A stretch of 64,000 nt of DNA from positions 30,537,820 to 30,601,819 of the forward strand of contig JAUZTB010000033.1 in assembly GCA_034780895.1 (NCBI GenBank), given 5' to 3'. Made by a program: the position numbers and the translations under genes. The notes beneath the pieces were generated by a model. That model saw only the letters and a list, made by a program, of their open reading frames with translations, made no database searches and was not told the origin of the DNA. How positions within the stretch are numbered: position 1 is the stretch's first letter; each line of letters opens with the position of its first letter. This document shows positions 10,251 to 24,074 of the stretch, piece after piece. Source of the stretch: Rhynchobatus australiae. Lineage: Eukaryota.

Positions 10251-13200
10251 TTAGGATGTTTTCTTTTCTTTGTTAATTAAGAACTCGGTTAATGAATGCA
10301 TCATCTCATTCTTCACAGGTGCAAGATTGTTACAATAAGATGGACAAAGATAGAGAACATAAATAATGTAGCAATCAGAAGTTGATAACCCAGTGCAGAG
10401 GGAGAGGAGGATGAAAGATGGAATGGCGTGCAGTATTCACCAATGAAAACTGGGCTTTAATTAAACCGAATTTGAGACAGTGGAAGGCTTACATGGATGA
10501 ATTCTAAAGAACAAGTCTATCTAAGGGCCAGCTGCAAAGTTTAAATCCATTGTATAAAGTTACTTAAAGCTGAAATGTTCCATTTTAAAGGCATTCCACT
10601 TACAGTGTATTTTGTGTTTTTAAAAGATCTTCTTTTCCCTTCAAATAAAGATTTTATCATAATGTTTGAAAAGACTTGCATTGTCCCACATGCCCATTTG
10701 AAGCTACACAATGCCTGGAACAGCCTGGGCCACTTCCAAATGTGACACTATCTCAATGATGTCACCCAAAGTACANNNNNNNNNNNNNNNNNNNNNNNNN
10801 NNNNNNNNNNNNNNNNNNNNNNNNNNNNNNNNNNNNNNNNNNNNNNNNNNNNNNNNNNNNNNNNNNNNNNNNNNNCCAAAGTACAAAGAAGTTAACTGGG
10901 CACAGTGTCCACACTCAAGAAGAGAACACTGGTAATTTAGAAATCAAAAAGACGGTGTTTGTTTAATAACAGTGATGCCCTTGTTTACGTTTTTAAAAAG
11001 AAGGAACCATTTCCTTTTCAAATGCCTTTTAAAAGGAGCATGAATCCTACTGGTGAGCATCCCAGTAACTTAAACAGGACTGTGCGGAAGCAGATAGAAC
11101 AACAAATATGACATCATAGGGTCTAAACCAGCTCCTTTTTAATGGAGATATCCAGATTACCAGACCTCTAAAAAAAATGCTAGCAGTCAATAATGTATAT
11201 CGCACATTACTTAGAGCTCTGAATGAGTTAAGCAGATAGTAATGCAGGGCTGCCAGTATAACCCTGTGTCACTGATGGGACCCTTTTTCAAGGCAGGACC
11301 AATAGCACAATGGAGTAATTAGTAAAGTCACGCATTGTTGAACTAAGCTTCTACATCAGTTTCTAAATACCACAGGCAAGATTTTGAGAAGGGTAATAAG
11401 TAAATGCCAAGTTGAAAAGTACCCCCACCCATATAAAAGGTTGATAACTGCTGCATGCTGCAAGCAGTCAGTAATAGCTTAGGGTTTTTGAAATCATCTC
11501 ATAGGCCAAAGTGGCATAGTGCTAAACAAATCACCTAGCAATGGAATGTGTCTTGTAAATTTTGTTAACATTTCAAATGTCGAGCTGGCTCAGTGCTTTC
11601 ACCAGGAGAAGGAAAATCTATTTCATGTCTGCCTAGCAGGGCAGTGAGAGGACTGATTGGGAAAAAGCAGGAGAGTGACTTTTGATCGTGTGGCCTAACA
11701 AGCGATTCGCGCTCCTGCCTCTTCAGCTGAACAAGACGACATTACCTATTCAGACAAAAGTGACAGGCAGGCCACTACACTACTCTACTTCTCATCTCAC
11801 ACAATGGGAAAAACACTAGAAAGCTTCTGATCAAATGAATCGGTCTTTTCAAGAGAAGCAGGTTGTCTAAATCAAAGCTGGACAGAGTGAACTGCACATT
11901 ATTAAACAAGAGAGAAAAATGAAACTGAGTGATGTTAAATCAGCTTGAATTGCTCCAGGGAACTGCAGTCTGACAGTCGAGAAAGCTCAGGCAAAATCTT
12001 GCATGGGATTTTATTGCTGCAATTCTTATTTTGATTTGTTGAAGAGAAAAGACTTGCATATATGACAGATATTTCTTTACCTAGGGTAACAGTAATTCTG
12101 CGAAGGAGAATGGTTGTGGAAGGCTGCTATGGGAAGGATCATAACACTTGAGGCATCAGGAGAGTATTCTGCTCCTTCTGACTCATTAAAAAGTGGCTTC
12201 AAAATTTATATAAATTCTCAATACCTGCACTGTTCAACAGGAAAGAATTGTAAAAAGGGTCCTTCCAAAGGCTTTAGGCCTCATTAACTTATTCACGAGG
12301 CTTAATTAGGCATCTGTTCAAAGACCAAGAAATAAGCACCAAGAATTTAGGAGTAGAACTCAGATTAGGCTAAGGCCATCTGACTACTAAATGGATGTGC
12401 TTTGTACAAGTTTTATGCTCCAAAAAGTCAGCCAATCTCTGCTCAAATTAGACACCTATTTTTTTGGAAAATAGAAGGAATGTTACATTTACTTAGGCCG
12501 TTTCGATTGATCCATTTATTCTTCTGTTTTATTCCTGAGAGAAATCCTTTAACACCATCAAAGTACCAAAGCATTGTTCAACATTTTCATCGTGTTTCTA
12601 GGTAGTTTACTGTTATGCTTGGTGATGTTTCCATACGGTGTGTTAAGTCATTATATAAATGCAAGTTTTTCCTACTGTAGCAAGCTGGAGTTCAAACATT
12701 CAGGAAACAAACTTTCCAAAGTGCTTCAGTTATTATTGACTTCAAAAGTTCTCTCGGAATCTTAGCTGTTTATGATCTGATATGCAATTTGCACCTTCAT
12801 ATTGGCTTCAATGGCTTTCACATCCATGCACTATCATAAACCATACAAAGTCTGTCATCTGCCATAAAACTCTGAAATGCAATATTTTATCAATGTGACA
12901 TAAAAAGGTTATTTTATTTAACAGATGGTCTAGGTAAAAGGTCTGTTACATCAGACTGTGCTTCACCCAAGAGATGTTGAGTGATGCTGTATATTTCAAG
13001 CAAATAGCTAGGATGATTTATGTATTGGAATTGAATAAATTAACTTAACTTTCACATACATTAATGTACTTCAAAGATTTAAAATTATCAAAGCTAATTA
13101 CAGAAAAACACACTGATAAATCTAGGCCAAGGTCCATATTCCACAAATGGAGGACACCATTCTGCTTTAAAAAAAGTGAACAGAAAATGAAGTTAATAAT

Positions 13201-14699
13201 TAAATGACACAACTTTGCTTTTCTAAACATTGTGGGCAGTAAATGTAAAGAAACAATGAAAAGTGTTAGGATGGGCAGGGAAATGTAAATGTGAAAGAAA
13301 CTTAGAATGAACAAGGGAGTAAAACTCAGAGGAAAGAGTGACTGGACATTAAAAGTGAGAAGCATATTTTTCTATACTGTGTCCTGTCCAGGACTGTGAG
13401 AGACATTTTAGGACATATGGGAGTAGGATTCATCTTGGATAGATCAATACTCTTCCTGCTTCCTGCCAATGAGATCAATATCTGCAAAAATAATACCAGG
13501 TAAGTATTTGTTTTCTAATTTATCCAAGAGCATTGCACTCAATTTAACCCAAGCTGCTACCCATAAATTTGCTACTTAAACAACAATTTTTTTTAATTCT
13601 CAGAATCTAAGCAATCTGGGAAGGCTGCATTTACTGCCTATCCACTTCGTCCTGAGAAGCTGGTGGTTCTTTACCTATTGATGCACAGCTGTCTTTGTGG
13701 TAACTGTCTCATTTCTGAAATATCAATACTTCTGTTCAGTTGTTTTCATTCTACTGTGGCCAAATTAAAATTCATTTTGAAGAATTAAGGAAAAGCATGC
13801 CTTACAATGAATAAAGTATATTCATTTAAAAAGTATGTGCTTTATGGGTTCTGTGACCTGAATACCAATCAAAGAATGTATCAGGAGGGAGGACTAATGT
13901 ACTTAAAAACTGTCAAAGGAGTTTGTTGCATTTTTCGAATTAAACATGATTGCAATGAATGTACTATAAAAAATATGAAAGATAAGGATATAGAAAAATG
14001 ATGGAAAACATTTTACATGGCAAAAGTAAGATTCCACAAATTTCTGTTTCTTATTTTATAATCCTCATACCAAACAGACACTGAAATTTTACAGGGAACT
14101 TGTATTGTTGCAAACACAGTTTGATACCAATATATTTTAAGTGTGTATAANNNNNNNNNNNNNNNNNNNNNNNNNNNNNNNNNNNNNNNNNNNNNNNNNN
14201 NNNNNNNNNNNNNNNNNNNNNNNNNNNNNNNNNNNNNNNNNNNNNNNNNNACTTATATTCCTATGTATTTTTCTTTTTAAAACTGAATTGTATTCATGTA
14301 TTTTTATTTATGTGTAATATATTAATAAATCAGGTGGTTATGTAATGTAATGACATCATGCATTTATATGACAGAAATAACGTGCTTTGGTCTGACTTCT
14401 GTTAGACCAGCATCAAGTGTATTTCCTTGTTTAGAAAGTCCTGGTGCCCTGTTGATGTTTTCACAGAGTTTACCAGCACTCCAAGCATATTCTAAGGTCC
14501 ACTCCAAAATATTTTATAGTACAAATTCAGAGCGAATATGTTGCAATAAAGCAAAGCATGTTGGGGACACAAAGAGACTTGATATTGTTGAGGTGGGTGA
14601 GTCAGTAACAGCATGGAAAATAAACATATTTTCAGTGATCTCAATTTGTTTCCCAACCACCATAATGCTTTCTTTTCATGCAAAGACTCAGAGCCATGT

Positions 14700-15065
14700 T
14701 CTAGAGAGACTCTAAAGGCACTCACCAGATGCCCAACTGGCCGCTAATTATATGTGCATCTGAACAGTAAATGTTCACAAGTAACTCATCTACTGAGACA
14801 AGCACACAATATGCAACCAATGGTTTTTGACATCTTCTGTTGTTATTCACCACTATCTGTGTTTACCTATTCTGAATACAGACTGAAAACTGAATCCTTG
14901 AGATGTTTTCCACCTCACCAATGCTGAGACCAACTATAATGCCCCCAAAAAACTTGAATAAGATCAGCTAAAAGCAGCCAAGAGTTAGGTTTAAAACTGG
15001 AACTTTACTGGTCCAGGTGGCTCAGTTTCACAATAGGCAGTAAATGTATCAATTAAGCCACTTTG
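14700..15065 (-). mobile_element. Old SINE (AmnSINE2-like)
   Basis: gctgagaccaactataatgcccc...agatcagctaa...ctggtccaggtggctcag is the reverse complement of the family head. Confidence 0.5.
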
Positions 15066-15319
15066 GCACTGCTACAAGTACATTTTTGTTTGATATACAG
15101 GTTTAATAGTTACAGATAGTGAATTAATGCAATGTGGTGACTTGGTCCTGCATATTTTTGGTGACAGAACATCTGATGCCATTTTTAAAACTCAGACTGT
15201 CATGCCATGTCAGTTATGCTTTATGTATGGGCAAGGGCACACATGCATAAGTAAATGCCAATTTTACAGGTCTAGAATCATTTCTCATTGCATATAAATT
15301 TCTATGTCCGCTGATATTA

Positions 15320-15700
15320 AGAGAAATGGCTGGTAATACCCAGCAGGTCAGGCAACAACTGTAGAAAGAGAAATAATAGTTAATGTTTTGGGCCAATGAC
15401 CAAAAGGAAAAGTTCAAGATCAAAGATGCTTTAAGTTGTGGAGAAGGGTGAGCACTGGAGACCACAAAAGGAATATCTGTGTAAAGGTGGAGACCAGGGA
15501 AGACTAAATGACACGTGGAGGTGGTGTCAGTTAGAGAGGACTGTTAGTCACAGCTGATAGTTCTGCAGGAGATGTAAATAGAAAGAGATGAACAAGGATA
15601 GAGGAAAATGAAACAAGAACAATGCTGGAAATGTGAGAAACAAATGACTGCAGTTGCTGGAAATCTGGAATCAAAGAGAATGTTGGAATTATCCAGCCTG
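15320..15700 (-). mobile_element. Penelope-like element terminal fragment
   Basis: gctggtaatacccagcaggtcaggcaacaactgtagaaagagaaat..gttaatgtttt matches the repeat at 24075-24180. A second terminal motif tgctggaaatctggaatc lies at about 15655. Confidence 0.6.
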
Positions 15701-15829
15701 ACCTATCACAATAACATGCCGCTCGAATTTGATTTTGGACTTTCATAGAAATTTTTCCTTCCTTCCCTTGCTGTAAATACTAACTCATTCGGAAAGTATT
15801 AAATGGATACTGTCAGCTCTTTGGTTTGT

Positions 15830-16080
15830 TCCCAAATGGCTATTCTTTATGTGCAAAGGTGCCTAAGTGAAAAGTACTGACAGGGTACTTGACTGAGGAT
15901 ATCACTGTTAAACTCAATCCTGTCCTCACCATGTAGCACACCTTCCAACACCACTTAGTAATCATGAGCTGGGTCTTCAAATTATGTCATTTTCTTACCC
16001 AAGCTCAAGGGGCTAGCTGGCTAATTAGAGTACTAATGCTGGTCAGGCCCTGTATGAGGTTACCCAGCTCAGCATAGACT
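15830..16080 (-). mobile_element. Old SINE (AmnSINE2-like)
   Basis: caatcctgtcctcacc is the reverse complement of the ggtgaggacaggattg core. cagctcagcatagac follows. Confidence 0.55.
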
Positions 16081-19000
16081 GATGACTAAAACTGGGATTT
16101 CCTGGTATGATTCAGTTCCACTTAGAGCAGTTTCTCCAACTGCTATTCTGAACAGCTCAAATAATGTGATTTTAAGTTGTAATCTTCTTATGACTGTGAA
16201 TGAAGTATGAAGAGGACCTTGGTTGTCCTCTTTAATATTTAGAGCAAACAAAGTTTGAAAACGTGATTTTTCCCATACCTTGAATTGACAATTCATTAAA
16301 ACAATGATAAAGGCTGAAAAGACAAGCAAGCAGTGCACGGCTGTGGTATGTGACTCCACAGCACATGAACCAGAGCACTGCTGGCTGGTTACATTGGTCG
16401 TGTTCGCGAGTGCTATAGCAGTCATATTCCACAGCTGGCAACCATCTGTTCTATTTATACCATGAGGCTTTTTTTTTATTGTGGGCTGAGAGACTCATCT
16501 GTGGTGTACGATTTTTCAACCACAGCCTCATGGGTTAGAACCAGGGCCTAATAAAGATGTATATTTCAAAGAGTTTCTCTTAAAAGGGGCAGGTCACATC
16601 TAAAAGGGATTATGTTTAATACAGCATTTGTCAAGTTTAGAACCACATATGAATTATGTAAATTGAAATAAAATGGTCAAAGTAATTTTGTTTTCAGAAA
16701 ATTTTTAGTTAGAAATGAATCTGCGTTTAACTTAAGAACACTTATGGTAACAGTTCACAGACTTTGTCACCATATTCTTCACAGTATTTGTTTTATCATT
16801 GTTTCATTTGTGTAAACTATTTCAATTATGAAAGGGTTCTTCTCAAACATAGCATTTGGAAGCTCCTTCATTCATTCACAGTAATCAGATATTAAAATAT
16901 TAAAGAAGAAATTTGTACACAAGGATAAAAAAATATTCAAGTGCAATTTCAGAGCTAAGATTACAGTCAAAGCAATTATATAATTAACAACCTAAATGTA
17001 TTGCCAATGCACCAAACAGTAGTAAAATCCAATCCAAATCCTTCTGAATTTTCTTATTGAAACACGTTAAGTTCTCTTTACATTTAAATCTCCAGCTACT
17101 ATAAATGTGATGTAATTGAATCATTCACCCTTCATGACTGTGGAATATGGGCATATCAGCCCCCTGACCAAAACTGGCACAGTTTGTTATGTAGGGAGCT
17201 TTCAATAATATGGCCAAGTAAACCACAATGTGATTGCAAAGAGTCAATACGCAATGTTCCATCAATGGTTTTTATATGTCATTGGGACATTCCATTATTC
17301 TTCATGTAATTTGGCCAGAACTGCCTTTGATTCCACTGGAAATAGTGTATTTGATTCATCAGAACTAAAATCTCTAAGTGACAGGGTTAAGATTGATGAA
17401 TATGCACTCAATAATTAAAAATGCTAGCACACTGAAATCTAATGATAGGCAAAGATGAGAATGATTACAATAGAAAAAGAAAGATTGGAGTGTGTAGTAA
17501 AATCAACATCAGTAAATATGGGCTATGGAACAAAAATCAACTAGGANNNNNNNNNNNNNNNNNNNNNNNNNNNNNNNNNNNNNNNNNNNNNNNNNNNNNN
17601 NNNNNNNNNNNNNNNNNNNNNNNNNNNNNNNNNNNNNNNNNNNNNNATCAACTAGGACATCCTCCAGCTTGGTGGAAAATCTACTGAACAATACACAGTA
17701 ACAATAATTAGAATGTTAAAACCTATTATCCCCTTTATACTTGATTGATCATCAGTAGATCCAACAATTATGCAAACACATCCACTTCCCTGGCATTTCT
17801 TGACAATCAGAACAGTTTTTTTTAGTTTATCCAAAATGTAAATGCTTTAAATTAAGCCTAGTTAAAATGCAAACAGTTTGCAAAAATAACAACATATGGA
17901 TTTAAAGACAGCATCTGAACTGCATATAACATCAGCCAGAGAATTCAGAGTCATCAGTTTCTATGCCAATGCGACTGGCAATTCCTGCAGGCTTGAACAA
18001 GCTACAGAACTGCATATGGTGAGGTATGGGGATGGTTGAACTACTGTAACTCAGGGCACTGAGTCAATACTGTTTCTTTTACCCCTGCAGTATTATTGTA
18101 ATCAGCATCAACAGCAAAATTCTCTGGAAAACATATTTAAATCCAGATTATTTAAAATATAAAATCCTCTTTTATCACCGGTAATCAAAAACAAGGCATA
18201 TTAATTAATGCAATGGAAGACACTTGCCATGGTGAGTGAAATGTCTTAAAGTCTCCCCAATATTGAAACCAGTTTTCTCACTGTTTAAAAGTGCTTTGTT
18301 GGATGCTGCTCTGCATTTCTAGTTATTAGCCACTGCCCCAGGGCACTAATGTCTTTATTTTGAGTATGCTGTATATACAAGGAAGTCCCAAATTATGCAG
18401 AACACTGTACATTGTAGCATCGTAAGCATGCAGACTCAATTCATCAAGTTGGCTAGAAGTAGTCAGGCAAGGATGTATATATGGATGCCATAATTGGCCA
18501 TGCTAAGTGAGGAAGAGAGGTTGCATTGTGCTAATTGAATGGAAATGAATTTTAAACACCTGCATCACAATCAGGACATGGTGTCGTTTGTTAGAATAAT
18601 CAGCAGTGAAAAAACACTGGCTGACTGATATTCAATAATAATAGACAAATTGAGAATTATTACACTGGAGAGGAAAGGATTGGAGTCCAGAAGTTCTTTG
18701 ATTTCAGTTGTTAGATCCATCTCTGAATTTAATCTCATTACTTAATCTCTGAATTTCAGCCACTCTTTCTCTATTGCAGGTTCTCTTATATTGCTCAATA
18801 GTTATGGAATTTTATTCTCTTTCTTCCCCAAACTCCAGTTCCTCTTCCCTAAATTTTGAATATGAATTTTAGATTTGTCACTTGTATTGAGTCTTCCTCT
18901 AAACTCGGGCAGATCTTCTGCATAAAAGTCTGCAGGTTGGTTGGATTTGATGGTCTTAACTGAGTACTTAACTGAGCAGAAGCTCAGGACTGTTATGTAA

Positions 19001-19902
19001 AGGCAGAAGTGCAGTCTTCTGCTCCAGTAAGCTTTTGGCTCCAATACCGGCACTCCACCAAGAATCCAAAGGGAGAGCAGAAACATCTTCTGATTTTCCA
19101 ACACTCAGGCAGGGAAATGTGCCTGATGATTAATCTGGTGCAAGTACAGCCGTCTATTGAAATGACCATGAAATGCCTGCCGGGAGCACCTTTTCATTTG
19201 ATTTAATTGTAGTTTAAATGTATATAATTGTTTTAAATGTGCATGAGTACACTTTAGTGTTTCAATATGTTAGAAAATATTTGGTTCTAATCATTTTATT
19301 GTGTTTTTGTTAATACTTTCTGGGTGACAAATGTTGAGTTTAAGTGAGAGCTTTGACAGCCAACTGGGGGCAGTACCTCACCACCTGTCAATGTCTTTAT
19401 GGGAGTGCAGTCTACCAGTTGTCTCCAAAGAGCCCCTGCACTGCATTCTTCTGCAATGGACCTCACTTGTGAGCTGGGACATGACCTGCCAGGAGAAGAC
19501 ATCAGATTCAGCTGAAATAAACAGCCCGGTCCAATGACAGGCAACCACTTAGGTGGCTTCCAGTTGGTTAATGATCTAGTCCTTAATTTCTTAGATTTCA
19601 GTGCAACTTCTGACTTCACTTCCTCTCCTCTTACAATCTACCTTTATTTACATTTCTTAACCATGACATATCAACCTTTTTGTAACTGAATCTTCGGAAT
19701 ATTGATGGTTCTCTGTGGCACACTTCCTGACTTACATCTGTATTTCTCAAGTTTGCAATAAAAGCACTGAAACAGGCTAGCTTGCAGAGCAACACTGTTT
19801 ATATTCTATGACCAGCACCATCTGATGACTTCCCGTGGCCATTAGCTGATGCATACTCTCATCAAACCTGAACAAATGTATATCATTGTTTTAAGTGTGC
19901 AT

Positions 19903-20005
19903 CAGTTCTGATCAAGGGTTTTCAACCTGAAACATTTACTCTGTTTCTCTTTCCACAGATGCTGCCTGACCTGCTGAAGTTTCCAGCATTTTCCATGTTT
20001 ATTTT
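19903..20005 (+). mobile_element. Penelope-derived pLTR/short repeat with hammerhead-like core
   Basis: cagttCTGATCAagggttttcaacctGAAAcatttactctgtttctctttccacagatgctgcctgacctgctgaagtttccagca. Confidence 0.8.
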
Positions 20006-20759
20006 ATTAGTGTGAAATATAACCTTTGAAGATTGTGGGATAAAATTATCCCTATTAAAAAAGAGAATAAATACTGTCCTAGATGTGGAATAGGAACACT
20101 TTAATGTTTTCCAATAAAATATTGGAGCTTTAAACTTAAACCTTTTTTTGTAATCGAAAAATTTCTCTGCTGCATTTCTCCTCATAAATAATACATATGT
20201 ATAGTAAATACTACACACAGTTCTTACTTACAGGATCTTCCTTTCCTTTTTGAGAATAGCACTTTATTGCTACGGTGACAATTCAAACTAATGGAGTGCT
20301 CTGGAGCCATTTTCATTCATTACAGTGGTCATAAGCACTTAAGACTCTNNNNNNNNNNNNNNNNNNNNNNNNNNNNNNNNNNNNNNNNNNNNTGAGCTGC
20401 ATCGCCCATTTACACAAGCTGAATTCTGCTGATCCAGCTCTCTATAAAGGCAACTAAATAAATGCATCAAGATTTATCTTTTAAGATTTTCTTTTCTTTA
20501 AAATAAAAATGGACATAAAATGTTCTTAGAGTAACACATGATCAAATTACCAGCTGCAATGACAAGGACAGACCAAGTACTGTTTGCAGCACTGTACCAA
20601 ATGCTGTTAGACAGCAAGTAAATGGAAAGACACATTTGCAAGATCAAGCTGATGGGCTTGTTGAAGGTGCTACAGTGCTGTATCCTTCTTATTGCCCTTT
20701 TTGGAAAGGGAGGGAGAAGGGTCCAATAAACATGCTCCAAAAACAAATCTAACTAGCAA

Positions 20760-21070
20760 GCTCCCCAAAGGGATTAGTGGGAAGAGCCACTATCCAGTGT
20801 CTGAGTGAACTCTCCACAGAGAAAAGGAGATCCTGAATTCAACTCCTCACAGAATGGAACAATTGGATCTCAGTTACGGTAATAGTACAAGCACGACAGT
20901 TGACTCTGAGCCCCTGAAACAGGAAGGAAAAATTCAACCAGCTTTTCTCACTCCAGGACAATACAAGACTATTCAGGGGAGGTGATTAAAATAACTGATG
21001 TATTTCCTAAATTGGTACAATATGAATAACTAGGGTTCTGACACCACTATGTTCAAGTTCCTCCATGGAG
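20760..21070 (+). mobile_element. Old SINE (AmnSINE2-like)
   Basis: ttagtggg...gatctcag...gagcccctg..aggaaggaaaaattcaaccag...ctcactcc parallels 51124-51480. Confidence 0.5.
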
Positions 21071-21074
21071 CTTC

Positions 21075-21360
21075 CTTCAGTGCAATAAGTCTTATAATTC
21101 TGGCTTCTTAAACATCTCTCTTTTTCCTTTTCCCCATCAATGATGGCTGTGCATTTCACTGTCCAGAAATCATGTTGTGATTTGCTGCCAGAGCCTCACT
21201 CTCCTCCCACTATTCCTTTAAAACTCTTCTTAAGAACCAACTTTTTGGACCAGTTTTAATGACTCCTCTATCTTTTGGCTCAACATACATTTTATTTTCC
21301 TTATGTCTTTGTGGAGCAGCCTGAGACTTTTTTTTAAAAAGGGTAATGTACAAATTGTTG
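21075..21360 (+). mobile_element. L2-type LINE 3' end
   Basis: ggctgtgcatttcactgt...tcctttaaaactcttcttaagaaccaactttttgga...tgtggagcagcctgagac...tacaaattgttgttgt is an L2-like tail. Confidence 0.6.
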
Positions 21361-22377
21361 TTGTGTAGTGATGATTTGTAGAGCCAGCTACTGAGATGCT
21401 GGCAGTGGTGCCTTTTGACAATATGATGCATATTTTCTGGCAATAAAATATGTTTACTGGTGTGAAAATCCTCTTCTGTGAGGCAACCAATTAGTCATGG
21501 TGCATGGGATCAATATATAACATGTTGCAGCCAAAAAAACTGCATGATAGCAACAGTAACAGTGCCTTTCTCCAACATGATGCAGCATTCCTCAGAGAAT
21601 AACTTAAATTGAACTATTTTACAATAAAGCCTCTGTAAAGTTAATCAGCCACTTTTACAGTTACTTCCTTAGACCTGCGGTTTAGAGGTGATTCTGAAAA
21701 GACCACTTCTTTAGAGAGAGCTGCCATCATCTGTTTCTGGTAGTTAATAAATACAAACGGTGCTAACATACGGGTGGAGAGAGTTAACAATTGATGCAAA
21801 ATCAAAAATTGGTAGGTCAATGGGTACATGGCATTCAAACTTACAGGCTCCCACATATTAACTTCCTGGTTTTGTCAGCGGCATAAGATATGAAAGACCA
21901 AGCAGAGAGGAATCAGAGATGCAAGTCCCCTTGACCCACTTGCTCAAGAGGTCTTCTGACCTTTATATTTTCTAACCAGCTTTCTAGGTTGAAATATCAA
22001 TACTAGAAGGGGAGAACCTAAACACTGTTACCTGCAGTTAAAATTTCAGGAGGTAATAAAAAAAGTCATAACTTAATAACAAAGTGGGCATTAACAGGAA
22101 ATGACATTAAGTGAGCAGACACCAAGGTAAACAAACCCTTGCTCTTCAGAATAAACTATAGAGCTCCATGCATCACTATCTGTTCAAATGTTGTCGTAGC
22201 CACATATTCATCAAGTCAAAGAGGCAGTGTGTATTCTGGAAAGGGCTTTTACATGGCATAATGTCCTGATTCATAAGCTATAGAAGCAGCCATATTTTAG
22301 TACATAATTTTTGAGTTGACTGCTGTAGGCTGGTGAACAGTTTCTTTTCCTCCTTCAATTCTTTTACCCCTTTTACA

Positions 22378-22755
22378 TCAGCTTGGCTCAGTTGGTAGCT
22401 CTTTATAGGTCCAGAGGATTAAGTCCCACTCCATATCCTTGAGAAAGAAAAATCCTGGTGCAGTATTGAGGGGGGGCTGTGCTTTCAGAGTTCTACCTGT
22501 CGGATGGGATATGGATAAGTGTCATTTGCTCTCTCAAGTAAACGAATCCACTACACTGTTCTGGAGAACAGCAGGAAAGTTATTCTGAGAATTATAGTCA
22601 ATATCAGCATCACTAAAAAAAGAAGGGTTGTTATGATATTGTTTTGTGAGAGAGCTTGCTGTACATGGAATTGGGTGCCAGATTTACTATATTGAAACTC
22701 TGATTCACTTCTAAAGAACTTTATTGGCTGTAAAGCATTTTGGGATATGGTGAAC
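22378..22755 (+). mobile_element. DeuSINE (SacSINE1-like)
   Basis: tRNA head tggctcagttggtagc...aagtcccactcca. Deu-domain-like gagcttgctgtacatggaattgg...ttattggctgtaaagcattttggga. Confidence 0.7.
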
Positions 22756-23734
22756 TCTTGTCAACGTTTTTAGACCCAGTGTGCTAACAATACCAAGGCT
22801 TCTGTCAGGCAGCAGGCAAGCACAAAATAGGTTTCTACTTTTAACATTTCTAGTAAAACTAGCTTGCAATGAATATCAGTCAGAACAGTTTTCTTAGAAT
22901 GAATTAGTAATGAGTTTCAAGGAGACATTTTCTGAGATGGTTCTGCTGACAGATATAGAAACACGATGGTACATTGGTCTCTATTTCAGAATAAGTTTTT
23001 TTTTAGCTGTATTGCAAATAATGTATTCAACATGCCTGCAGGAACAATTTCTTTATTATATATTAGCTTCAAGATTCTAAGTGTAATGGTTGAAACAGCA
23101 AGCATGTATATTTAGATGTACAGCAATATGAGCCCTGAATCTTGCTGTTTTAGTTGAAATTATTGTTATTGCTGATTGTTAACCTTGCGAACCTTGTTGA
23201 AAGTAATGGGTGGTTTCAGACAATTTGTGCTGGTCTGGAATCTGGTTATGGACATACGTCTGATTGACGAAGTCTNNNNNNNNNNGACTTGCTTATCAAA
23301 TCAACAAGGAACTGCTTATCCATGCAGTTATAAAGATTGGTCATCTATCAGTTTTAAGAGTCCCACATAAAATAAATCTGGATAGTTTCAACCCAGTTTC
23401 TGGTGTCATAAGTCCACAATGTTTGAGTCTAATAATAAATCAATCGTAAAAACTTTATGGTGTGATCTTTCTCACCAGAGATACACTGATTTTGGGAATA
23501 GATCCATTGATGGGACATACAGTATATACTGCTACCTAAATTCATTGAAGCTGATATTGGCCAAAATGGCAAACTCTCCTGCACTCACAATGCTGTACAT
23601 AAAAATTCATTAATATCTTTGAAAAAAATGATGTGTATTACATTTGTTCCAAAGCATAGTAATTCAGTTACCAGAGCAGTATTACGGAGATTGAACAACT
23701 GATCCGGAGAAATTAATTCAATCCCACACTTTCA

Positions 23735-24015
23735 TATTCATATTTAGGCCATTCAGCACATCAAGTTTATGTCAGCTCATGGGACAACCCAATTTCCAAA
23801 CTAATTTCCTGTATAAACTATACTCCACACGTTCCCATTAACACCCCCCTCCCCTGTCCCTGATTTTACCAACCACCTACACCTCCAGCAATTGACAGTG
23901 GCCTCCGAACCCGCATGTCTTTGGGATACAGGAAGAAACAAAAATGCCCAAAGGAAACCCATGTTGTCACATGCAAACTTCACACAGGAGGCTGCTAGAG
24001 CTGAGAGGCCATTTC
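23735..24015 (-). mobile_element. V-SINE (HE1-like)
   Basis: gcatgtctttggga...ggaagaaac...aggaaacccatg...atgcaaacttcacacag is the V-domain reverse complement. CR1-like tail ggccattcagcacatc. Confidence 0.75.
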
Positions 24016-24074
24016 ACTGCCTGGAAATAGGGAATTTACATAAAACTGGAATAAACAACTCATCTCAATAATCC

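Noticed and set aside
10766-10885. Direct repeat ccaaagtaca flanking a 100-N gap (likewise atcaactagga around 17547-17646)
   Set aside because: Identical sequence on both sides of fixed-size gaps indicates contig overlap or a scaffolding artefact, not a TSD.
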